From Candidatus Sumerlaeia bacterium (GTDB lineage Bacteria > Sumerlaeota > Sumerlaeia > SLMS01), in NCBI GenBank assembly GCA_038208905.1, contig JBBQYG010000020.1, positions 1 through 35,441 of the forward strand: a stretch of 35,441 nucleotides of DNA. Reading direction: 5' to 3'. Position 1 is the stretch's first letter. Every line of letters starts with the position of its first letter. Position numbers and translations under genes: made by a program. The notes beneath the pieces are model-generated. The model was given only the letters and a program-made list of their open reading frames with translations. It searched no databases and was not told where the DNA came from. Shown piece by piece: positions 1-7,738 of the stretch.

Positions 1-5
1 GTGAC

Positions 6-132
6 TCTCGAAAGTCCTGTCGTATTCCAACGTAGCTTGGGCGTCTCGCCCGAGCCTCGTCGCCCCCACACGCGGGCAAGATGCCCACGATACTCTTTTA
101 CGGCGTCCTCCATCGCGACAAGACTTTCGAGA
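6..132. repeat. REPIN/MITE-like nested inverted-repeat element containing a GTAG-type REP doublet
   Basis: Outer 17-bp inverted repeat TCTCGAAAGTCCTGTCG (6-22) / CGACAAGACTTTCGAGA (116-132), 1 mismatch. Inner inverted pair GTAGCTTGGGCGTCTCGCCCGAG (32-54) and CGCGGGCAAGATGCCCACGATAC (71-93), 18/23 identical after reverse complementing, each with its own GGGCR-nnn-YGCCC hairpin. Confidence 0.65.
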
Positions 133-138
133 ACCGCT

Positions 139-1350
139 CTAGATGACCTCGTCCACCTGCACGTGGGAGGAGTTGAAAATCTGGTGCAGGATCGCCGCCG
201 CGGCCCCCATGGGGCCCAGATCGACATCGAGATTGCTCAGGATGATGGGGGTGCTCTGCATGATCGGCCCCAGGGTGTGCCGCGCCGTCTCCGCGCGGAG
301 GTCCTCCAGAAAAAGGTCCGCCGACCGGCAGACGCGCCCGCTGAGGATGATGGCCTCGGGATCGAAGAGGTTGGCCACCGTGGCGATGCCGCGGGCAAGG
401 CGCTGGGCAAAGTCCTTGAATGCCTTCAGCGCCCGGCGGTCGCCGCCCCGCGCCATTTCGGCGAGCTGGGACACGTCGTCCACCTCCAGCCCGCGGGCCC
501 GCGCCCGGCGGATCAACCCCGCGCCGGAGGCCATGTTCTCCATCGCCGAGGGGCAGTCGGCATAGCCGTCGATGTCCTCGTCGCCGATGGGGATGTAGCC
601 GATCTCTCCGGCGAAGCCGCCCTTGCCGCGATACAGCCGCCCATCGATGAACACGCCCATGCCGGTGCCGTGGCCCAGGTTGATGACCAGGAAGTTGGCG
701 AGGTCGCGCCCCGCGCCGAACCAGTGGGACCCGAGCGCCATCATGCGGCCATCCTGCTCCACCAGCGTCGGCACGCCAAACCGGTCGGTCAGCGCCTTGC
801 GGATCATCTCCGCCGGCGACAGGTGATCGGGGTGTGAGTTCATGCCCGGGATCGCGACGCCAATGCCGGAGAGCGGCGTCGACGGCGGGTGCTCGCGAAA
901 AACCTTCTCCATCACCTTGCGCGCCCAATCGGCGTAGGCCTGGGACTTCTTGAGGGCGGGTGTCTTGCACTCGTAGCGCGTCAGCAGCTTGCCGCCCAGG
1001 TTGATCACCACCATGATCGTGGAACGCTTGCCGATATCCAGCCCCACGATCGATGCGGCATCCACATTGAGATAGACGGGGATCGGGCGGCGCCCGCGCG
1101 GGACAGCCTTGGCCTCCTCCTCCAGCACCAGCCCGTCGGCCACAAGCTCGTCCACCAGCGTGGAAACACTGGGGAGGTTGAAGCCGGACTTCTTGGTGAT
1201 GTCGGCGCGGGAGAGCGGCCCGTGCCGCCGGATCACATTGAGGACCGAGTGCTTGCGCAGGCGGCGCTTCTCCATCGAGCGATCCGCCGGTGTGGCGCCG
1301 TTGAAATCCACGACGAGGTCGCCGCGGGTTGGGATCTCCATGAGTGTCAT
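139..1350 (-). CDS. ROK-family transcriptional repressor (N-terminal wHTH + ROK domain)
   Basis: HTH region (PLSRADITKKSGFNLPSVSTLVDEL), GRRP linker, GLDIG, GIGVAIPG, GxGxGxG and GEIG ROK motifs; ATGA overlap with upstream permease. Confidence 0.92.
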   Translation of the reverse strand: MTLMEIPTRGDLVVDFNGATPADRSMEKRRLRKHSVLNVIRRHGPLSRADITKKSGFNLPSVSTLVDELVADGLVLEEEAKAVPRGRRPIPVYLNVDAASIVGLDIGKRSTIMVVINLGGKLLTRYECKTPALKKSQAYADWARKVMEKVFREHPPSTPLSGIGVAIPGMNSHPDHLSPAEMIRKALTDRFGVPTLVEQDGRMMALGSHWFGAGRDLANFLVINLGHGTGMGVFIDGRLYRGKGGFAGEIGYIPIGDEDIDGYADCPSAMENMASGAGLIRRARARGLEVDDVSQLAEMARGGDRRALKAFKDFAQRLARGIATVANLFDPEAIILSGRVCRSADLFLEDLRAETARHTLGPIMQSTPIILSNLDVDLGPMGAAAAILHQIFNSSHVQVDEVI

Positions 1351-2192
1351 CCTTTCAGGCCGCTGGTGGAGATTCCCTCCACGAAGGTCCGCTGGGCAAA
1401 GACGAAGATAGCCAGAATCGGCAGGATCGAAACCATCGCCCCGGCCATCATCATCGGCCAGTCGCTGCTGTACTGCGATTGCAGAAAGCTGAGGCCCGCA
1501 GTAAGCGGCATCTTGTCCAGCGTGTCGATGTAGATCAGCGGGTTCAGCAAATCGTTCCAGCTATTCATGAACGTGAACACGCCCAGCGTCGTCAGCGCGG
1601 GCTTGGCCAGCGGGATGTAGATGCGGAACACGATGCCCCCCGGCGTGCAGCCGTCGATCATCGCGGCCTCATACAGGTCGCGCGGGATGGCGAGGAAGAA
1701 CTGCCTCAGCAGGAACACGCCGAAAGCGCTCCCCATGAAGGCGGGCACCCACAGGGGATAGTGGGTGTCCTTCCACCCGAGATGCTGGCACAGGATGAAC
1801 ACGGGGATCAGCGTTACCTGATAGGGCACCATCAGCGTCGCCAGCGTCGTGGTGAACAACGCGCCGCGGCCCGGGAAGTTCAGCGCCGACAGCGCGAATC
1901 CCGCCATCGAGCACGACAGCAGCGTGCCGATCACGGTAAGGCCCGTGATCTTGACGCTGTTGAGGAGGAACTTGGCCATCGGGATCGCCTCGGCCAGGCG
2001 GGAGTAGTTGGACCACTGGGGGCTCGCCGGCAGGAACCGCGGCGGATACTCGAACGCCTCGCCCAATGTCTTCAGCGAGGTGCTCGCCATCCACAGGAAC
2101 GGGAACACCATCAAGAACGCGACGGCGGTCAGCGCCGCATAGACAAGCGCGTCCTTGAGCATGGCGATGGGCGTGGACGCGTTTCCCCTCAT
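1347..2192 (-). CDS. Carbohydrate ABC transporter permease (MalG-like)
   Basis: Multiple TM segments, EAA loop (LYEAAMIDGC), FMNSWNDLLNPLIY motif; ATGA overlap with upstream gene. Confidence 0.93.
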   Translation of the reverse strand: MRGNASTPIAMLKDALVYAALTAVAFLMVFPFLWMASTSLKTLGEAFEYPPRFLPASPQWSNYSRLAEAIPMAKFLLNSVKITGLTVIGTLLSCSMAGFALSALNFPGRGALFTTTLATLMVPYQVTLIPVFILCQHLGWKDTHYPLWVPAFMGSAFGVFLLRQFFLAIPRDLYEAAMIDGCTPGGIVFRIYIPLAKPALTTLGVFTFMNSWNDLLNPLIYIDTLDKMPLTAGLSFLQSQYSSDWPMMMAGAMVSILPILAIFVFAQRTFVEGISTSGLKG

Positions 2193-3094
2193 GTGTGAAC
2201 CCAGTGCCGGCGCAACTGGAGCTGCACCAGCGTGGCGGCGAAGATGATCGCAAACAGCGCCGTGCCCACGGTGCTGGCATAGCCGAGCTCCAGGTTGGAG
2301 AAGGCGTGTCTATACAGGTAGTACACGATGGTCAGGGTGGAATCCGCCGGGCGACCCTCCCTCGTCATGATATACACCTGGTCGAAGACCTGAAACGCGG
2401 AGATCACGCCGACCGTAACGACGAAGAACAGCACCGGGGAAACGCCCGGGATCGTGATGTGGCGGAACCGCATCAGCGGGCCCGCGCCGTCGATCTCCGC
2501 CGCCTCGTACAGGTGGCGCGGCACGCCCTGCAGCGCCGCCAGCAGGATCACCATGTTATAGCCAAGGCCCTTCCACACGCTCATCAGCATGATCGCCGGC
2601 ATCGCGGTCGCGGGATCGGCCAGCCACGGGATGGGGCTCGGCGGCTTCAGGCCCGCCAGCTTGAACGCGCTCGCGATCGCATAGTTCAGCACGCCATAGT
2701 TGGGATCGTAGAACCACGCCCACACCAGCGCCACCGCCACCGTGGAGGTGACGACGGGCGTGAAATAGAGTGTGCGGAAAAAGCCAATCCCCCGCAGGGG
2801 GCGATTCGCCAGCATCGCCAGCAGCATCGACAGCGCGATACCGATGGGCACCGTTCCGATCACGAAGTAGAGCGTGTTCCCCAGCGCCTTCCAGAAGAGC
2901 GGATCGCCGAAGAGACGCGTCCAGTTGCCGAATCCCACGAAGCGCGGCGGCGTCAGGCTGTCCCACGCAAAGAAGCCGATCACCCAGGAGAACAGGATCG
3001 GCCCCACCGCGAACACCAGCAATCCGGCGATGTAGGGCGCCGACAGGAGGAGCCCCCAGAACCGCTCGGTGCTGGCGACGCCGCTGCTCTTCAC
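2189..3094 (-). CDS. Carbohydrate ABC transporter permease (MalF/UgpA-like)
   Basis: FVGFGNW, VWKGLGYNMVILLAALQGVP, YEAAEIDGA motifs. Start reassigned to GTG at 3094, which gives a GTGA overlap with the SBP stop. Confidence 0.92.
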   Translation of the reverse strand: MKSSGVASTERFWGLLLSAPYIAGLLVFAVGPILFSWVIGFFAWDSLTPPRFVGFGNWTRLFGDPLFWKALGNTLYFVIGTVPIGIALSMLLAMLANRPLRGIGFFRTLYFTPVVTSTVAVALVWAWFYDPNYGVLNYAIASAFKLAGLKPPSPIPWLADPATAMPAIMLMSVWKGLGYNMVILLAALQGVPRHLYEAAEIDGAGPLMRFRHITIPGVSPVLFFVVTVGVISAFQVFDQVYIMTREGRPADSTLTIVYYLYRHAFSNLELGYASTVGTALFAIIFAATLVQLQLRRHWVHT

Positions 3095-4395
3095 GGGTTC
3101 GCCGACCCCTTTGCCAGAATCGCATCCACCGCGGCGGTGGCCTCCCTGGCCGCCGTGGCAACGTCCATGCGGCCCATCCACACAAGCTCCAGCTTGCCGC
3201 GAATCGCCGCCTCCCACTGGGTGGAACCAGCGGTATAGTCGGGCACCCTTCCCGATTCGATCTGCGACAGGAAGTGGCGCTTACCCTCGGGCTTGCCATC
3301 CAGATAGATCGGCGATTCCGCCACCGAGCGCAGCGCCGGAATCGACGTGCCGCTTCGCGCGAGGGATTCCTGGTAGGGCCGCGAGCCGAGGAACTTCACC
3401 AGCTCCCACGCGGCGTCCTTCTGCTTCGAGCCCGAGTAGATCGCGTTGCCGAGTCCGTTCACCACGCCCACGCTTTGCTCGCCCTTCGGCAACGGCGCCA
3501 CATCCCACTGGAAATGATCCGCGGCGGAGAAGCCCTTGATCATCCACGACCCCTCCGACGACATGGCGAGCCGCCCCGTGAGGAACATGTTGCTGCCGAA
3601 GGTGGACGCCTGCGAGGCGTTGGGCGAAACCTTCTCCTTCAGCACAAGCCCCGCCAGGAACTCCAGCCCCTCGATGGCCTCCGGCGAATCGAGAACGCAC
3701 TTCGTCCGCGCCTCGTTCAGCACGTTGCCGCCAGCCTGCCACACCCAGGAAATCCAGTGGACCTCCATCGACTCGAAGGCCGCCAGATAGCCATAGCTCT
3801 CCATGCGCCCGTCGCCGTCCTCGTCGCGGGTCAACGCCTTGGCCTTCGCCAGGAAGTCGTCCCATGTCCAGTCGGGCTTGGGGTACTCGACGCCGAGCTT
3901 GTCGAAGAGCGTCTTGTTGTAGAAGATCCCGATCGCGTTGCAGTCGCGCGGCATCGCCCACAGTCCGTCGGCGTCGGTGAAGATCTCCACCGGCGCGGGA
4001 TAGAACTCCTCCATCTTCAGCGTGGGATCGCCGGCGGCGCGCGCGGCGAGGTTCTCGATCTGGCCGCGCTGGCGATAATCCTGCACGCGGGTGCCGCTGA
4101 ACAGGAACACGTCGGGCGCGGTCCCCGCGGCGAACTGGGCCTGGAGCTTCGTCCAGTACTCGCTCCACGAATTGAACTCCACGATCACGCGGACGCCCGG
4201 GTGAGCCTCCTCGAATTGCTTGAGCAGCGCGCGCTCGGCGTCGATCTCCTGCGGCGTGCCCCACCGCGCGTATCGGATCGTCGCGGAGCCGTCGGGCGCG
4301 GGGGCATCGTCGCCGCCACAGCCCGCCGCCAGAATCAGAATGGCGGCCATCAAGCCGCGCCCGGCGCCATTGATCTTGCGGAGGAAGGTGCTCAT
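3091..4395 (-). CDS. Sugar ABC transporter substrate-binding lipoprotein (SBP_bac_1-like)
   Basis: Lipobox LAAGC; AAGTAPDVF, FYNKTLF, WTWDDF, AAWELVKFL motifs; GGAG SD upstream. Confidence 0.92.
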   Translation of the reverse strand: MSTFLRKINGAGRGLMAAILILAAGCGGDDAPAPDGSATIRYARWGTPQEIDAERALLKQFEEAHPGVRVIVEFNSWSEYWTKLQAQFAAGTAPDVFLFSGTRVQDYRQRGQIENLAARAAGDPTLKMEEFYPAPVEIFTDADGLWAMPRDCNAIGIFYNKTLFDKLGVEYPKPDWTWDDFLAKAKALTRDEDGDGRMESYGYLAAFESMEVHWISWVWQAGGNVLNEARTKCVLDSPEAIEGLEFLAGLVLKEKVSPNASQASTFGSNMFLTGRLAMSSEGSWMIKGFSAADHFQWDVAPLPKGEQSVGVVNGLGNAIYSGSKQKDAAWELVKFLGSRPYQESLARSGTSIPALRSVAESPIYLDGKPEGKRHFLSQIESGRVPDYTAGSTQWEAAIRGKLELVWMGRMDVATAAREATAAVDAILAKGSANP

Positions 4396-4460
4396 GGACG
4401 ACGCTCTCCTTGGATGGACAGCGGGGAGCCTGCGGCGGTGGCGGGCTTCGGCGCAAGGAA

Positions 4461-4491
4461 TTACTTCGGGATTTAATAAACTCCGACAGTA
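4461..4491. promoter_or_regulatory. Candidate ROK operator upstream of the ABC operon
   Basis: AT-rich TTACTT-N8-AATAAA (4461-4480) within an imperfect dyad TACTTCGGGATTTA-A-TAAACTCCGACAGTA, ~65-95 bp upstream of the SBP start; resembles XylR/NagC-type ROK boxes. Confidence 0.4.
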
Positions 4492-4509
4492 TTTCGCCGC
4501 ATCGCGCGC

Positions 4510-4977
4510 TCAGCCAAACATCTCCTCAAGCATCGGGCCCTCCAGCGAACGCCCTCCCTGCCGGAGCGTCCGCGCGTTGAGCCTGGGCCAGTGGCTCCAT
4601 TCGAAGGGCTCCGCATCCAGCCGGTCGTCCGCGGGCCACTCCCCCCGGAACATCGCGCCGGGGACGCCGGGGGCGGGTTCGTATCCGTGGCGGCGATAGA
4701 AGGCCTCCTGGAACGAACCGGCGTCGGTGTTGAGCTGGGAGAACCGGATGCCGCGCTGCTCCGACACCCGGCGATGCAGCACAAAGAGCGCCCCCGCCAG
4801 GCCGAGGCCGCGCCACTCGGGCCGCGTATAGACATGGCCCACGATCTCCGCACCATCGGCGTCCCACGCGCACACATTGGCAACGGGCGTCTCGCCATGC
4901 CACGCAGCGAAGAACGTCCACCGCAGCCCGCCGTGCGCCGCGAGGCGGACTTCGCGTCCGCCCGCCAGCGTCGTCAC
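4510..4977 (-). CDS. GNAT-family N-acetyltransferase
   Basis: Acetyl-CoA motif VYTRPEWRGLGLAG and FYRRHGY; GTG start at 4977 overlaps the epimerase stop (GTGA). The longer 4510..5943 ORF is not the real start. Confidence 0.8.
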   Translation of the reverse strand: MTTLAGGREVRLAAHGGLRWTFFAAWHGETPVANVCAWDADGAEIVGHVYTRPEWRGLGLAGALFVLHRRVSEQRGIRFSQLNTDAGSFQEAFYRRHGYEPAPGVPGAMFRGEWPADDRLDAEPFEWSHWPRLNARTLRQGGRSLEGPMLEEMFG

Positions 4978-5888
4978 GGCATCGCCCCGATCGTGCGGCG
5001 CAGGCCCTCCTCCAGCTCCACCTGCGGCGCCCAGCCCAGCGACCGCAGGCGCGTGGCGTCTCCGCACGAGTTGCGCACATCGCCGGGGCGTTCCGGCGCG
5101 TGGGCGACGGAGGAGGACGATCCCGTGATGGCGACGATGCGCTGCGCGAGTTCGTTCACGGTGATCTCCGATCCCGTGGCGACGTTGTAGATCCCGTCGC
5201 CAGTCTCCGCCGCCAGCAGGTTGGCGCGCACCACGTCCTCCACGAAGACGAAGTCGCGGCTCTGTCCGCCGTCGCCATAGATCGTGATGGGCTGGTTGCG
5301 GCGCGCGCGTTCCGCAAAGATCGCGACGGCGGCGGCATAGGGCGACTTGGGATCCTGGCGCGGGCCATAGACGTTGAAATAGCGCAGCGCCACCGTCTGC
5401 ACGCCAAAGGCCGCGCGATACAGCGCCGTGTAGTATTCGCCCGTCAGCTTGCTGATCGCATAGGGGCTCACGGGCTCCGGCAGGTTGTCCTCGCAATGGA
5501 TGTGGCGCTGGGCCTCGCCATAGACGGCGCTGGTGGTGGAGAACACCACGCGCGCGGCGGGATTCAGGCGCGCGGCCTCCAGGATGTTCAGCGTGCCGTT
5601 CACGTTGATGGCCTGTGTGAGGTAGGGTTCGCTCATGGATTCGGGGACGCTGACGAGCGCGGCCAGGTGATGGACCACATCGGCCCGCGCGACGAGCCCG
5701 CGCACAAGGTCGCGGTCCTCGACGCTCCCCTCCACGAACTCGCAGCCGATTCCATCCAGGTTGCGGCGATGCCCCGTTCGGAAGTTGTCCAGCACGACGA
5801 CCCGGGCGCCGCGGTCGATCCATGCGCGGGCGATGTGGCTGCCGATGAATCCGGCTCCGCCGGTGACGAGGACTCTTTTCTGGCTCAC
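4974..5888 (-). CDS. NAD-dependent epimerase/dehydratase (extended SDR, UDP-sugar 4-epimerase-like)
   Basis: TGGAGFIGSH Rossmann motif, YAISK (YxxxK), LRYFNVYGPRQ, GDGGQSRDFVFV. Confidence 0.93.
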   Translation of the reverse strand: MSQKRVLVTGGAGFIGSHIARAWIDRGARVVVLDNFRTGHRRNLDGIGCEFVEGSVEDRDLVRGLVARADVVHHLAALVSVPESMSEPYLTQAINVNGTLNILEAARLNPAARVVFSTTSAVYGEAQRHIHCEDNLPEPVSPYAISKLTGEYYTALYRAAFGVQTVALRYFNVYGPRQDPKSPYAAAVAIFAERARRNQPITIYGDGGQSRDFVFVEDVVRANLLAAETGDGIYNVATGSEITVNELAQRIVAITGSSSSVAHAPERPGDVRNSCGDATRLRSLGWAPQVELEEGLRRTIGAMP

Positions 5889-5943
5889 GCGGAAACTCCG
5901 TTTCGGGCGGTCGGCGGGCGGAGGAATCCCGCTTGCGCCGCAT

Positions 5944-5963
5944 TTAGATAGAGATCAAATAAA
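5944..5963. promoter_or_regulatory. Second candidate ROK-type operator in the divergent promoter region
   Basis: TTAGATAGAGATCAAATAAA matches 4461-4480 at 14/20 positions; lies in an AT-rich island between the epimerase and the DUF4832 gene. Confidence 0.3.
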
Positions 5964-5990
5964 AGCGATAAGTAAATAAAGGGAAATCTG

Positions 5991-7418
5991 ATGACCGCGC
6001 CACGAAATCTCCTCGCCGCCCTGCTGCTGCCGCTCGCCGCGGCCCTTCAGGCGGAGCCCATCGTGTACGCGCCGCTCGCGGGCGCCATCGACAATCCCGA
6101 GCGCGGCTTCTACTCCGTGGGATCGGGCAACGGATCGCTGGCCGATCTTTCCACCGACTACGGTTTCATCCGGTCCCAGGGCGTCACGCTGGTCTATGGC
6201 CGCCTCAATCTGGAGCCCTATGCCGCCACGGCGCTTCCCCCGTCCTACCTCGGCGACCTCTCCGCGGGATTCGGCCTCGCGCGCGCGGCGGGGCTCAAGG
6301 CCATCGTCCGCGTCGTCTATAACGATGGCTTCGCCACGCCCAACCCGCCGACGGAGGCCACGCTCGGGCAGACGCGCGCCCATCTCCAGCAGCTCCAGCC
6401 GATCTTCGAGGCCAACAAGGACGTGATCCTCCTCTTCCAGGCGGGCATTGTTGGCGCCTGGGGCGAGTGGCACAGCACCGACCAGTACCGCGACCCGCTG
6501 GAGGCCTATGCCGACAACAACGTGCCCACTCCGGCGGGCCGGCGCAGCGTGGTGGATGCGCTGTTGGAGTATACCCCCGCCAACCGCTTCATCCAGGTGC
6601 GCCGCCCGTGGTTCAAGGACCCCGACTTCGGCGCGGAGGCGCTCTTTCCCGGGGAGCAGGTGGACGCCGCCACGGCGTTCACGTCGCTGGGCGTGGCGCG
6701 CGTGGGGCATCACAACGATTGCTTTCTGGCGTCCAACACCGATTTCGGCACCTATCAGGGGAGTGGAATCAACGCGCAGAAAAACTTCCTGGCGGAAGAC
6801 ACGCGATTCGTCCCCATGGGGGGAGAGACGTGCAACCCCGACATCGACTTTGCCAACTGCACCCGCGCGCTGGACGAGATGGCCCGCTTCCACTACAGCT
6901 ACCTCAACCTGCTCTATCATCCCGACGTGTTAATCGAGTTCCGCAACTCCGGCTGCTTTGACGAGATCAACCGCCGGCTCGGCTATCGCTTCGAACTCGT
7001 CAGCGCCGACCTGCCCACCACCGTGCAGAACGGTGTGGCCGCCAACTTCACCGTCACCATCCGCAACGTCGGCTTTGCCGCCGCGATCAACCAGCGCCCC
7101 GTGTATCTCCTGGTCCTCGACGGAGCAACCATCGTCGCCCAGGTCGAGGTCCCCGGCGCCGACCCCCGGCGCTGGCTGCCGGGCGCCGACCACGCGCATT
7201 CGGGCTCGTTCACCGTCAGCGGCGTCGCTCCGGGGGCCACGCTCTCCGCCGCGCTATGGCTCCCCGATCCCGAACCCGTATTGCAGCAACTCCCCGCCTA
7301 CTCGATCCGCCTCGCCAGCGAGAACGTGTGGCAACCCGCCACGGGCCGCAACGTGCTGACCGACTCCATCACCGTCGGCCCGACGGCGACGGTGCCGGAT
7401 GCGTTTATCCTGAACTGA
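5991..7418 (+). CDS. Secreted DUF4874/DUF4832-domain protein (putative glycoside hydrolase-like)
   Basis: Signal peptide (MTAPRNLLAALLLPLAAALQA); NPERGFY, AGIVGAWGEWH, VGHHNDCFLA, MGGETC, RRLGYRF, NVGFAA, DPRRWLPG, YSIRLAS motifs typical of this family. Confidence 0.8.
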   Translation: MTAPRNLLAALLLPLAAALQAEPIVYAPLAGAIDNPERGFYSVGSGNGSLADLSTDYGFIRSQGVTLVYGRLNLEPYAATALPPSYLGDLSAGFGLARAAGLKAIVRVVYNDGFATPNPPTEATLGQTRAHLQQLQPIFEANKDVILLFQAGIVGAWGEWHSTDQYRDPLEAYADNNVPTPAGRRSVVDALLEYTPANRFIQVRRPWFKDPDFGAEALFPGEQVDAATAFTSLGVARVGHHNDCFLASNTDFGTYQGSGINAQKNFLAEDTRFVPMGGETCNPDIDFANCTRALDEMARFHYSYLNLLYHPDVLIEFRNSGCFDEINRRLGYRFELVSADLPTTVQNGVAANFTVTIRNVGFAAAINQRPVYLLVLDGATIVAQVEVPGADPRRWLPGADHAHSGSFTVSGVAPGATLSAALWLPDPEPVLQQLPAYSIRLASENVWQPATGRNVLTDSITVGPTATVPDAFILN

Positions 7419-7528
7419 ATGCCTGGCGGGGGCGGATGCGCTCGGGTGCGATTGCACAGGAGTATCAAGCCTCGCCAACAAGTTCTCTTGGATGGAGAGT
7501 GATGCACGCTTCAGCGCGCATCTACTTA

Positions 7529-7546
7529 CCCCGGATTTATCCGGGG
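7529..7546. repeat. Short perfect palindrome CCCCGGA-TTTA-TCCGGGG (REP-like)
   Basis: 7-bp stem with 4-nt loop in intergenic DNA; resembles REP/IS200-IS605-associated hairpins; single copy in this window. Confidence 0.4.
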
Positions 7547-7738
7547 AGGGGCAACGCGGATCAGGGATTCCCCGACTCGCCACGGCACGAGTTGTAACCA
7601 TCATTTGCGATTCGTGGCACGGGGCGTGGCGGCGTCTGCGATTCGCATTGGTAAGCGTTCATTCGCGATGCGACTGCCCTTGACCGCCTTCATCGGCCCG
7701 CGACTTCTACCGCACCCCCACGTGAAGGAACCCCCCCT

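Noticed and set aside
1347-4395. ABC operon lacks an ATPase gene
   Set aside because: Common for CUT1 systems, which share an MsiK/MalK-type ATPase encoded elsewhere.
7615-7630. Sigma54 promoter TGGCACGGGGCGTGGC
   Set aside because: GG rather than GC at the -12 position; the spacing is off by one.
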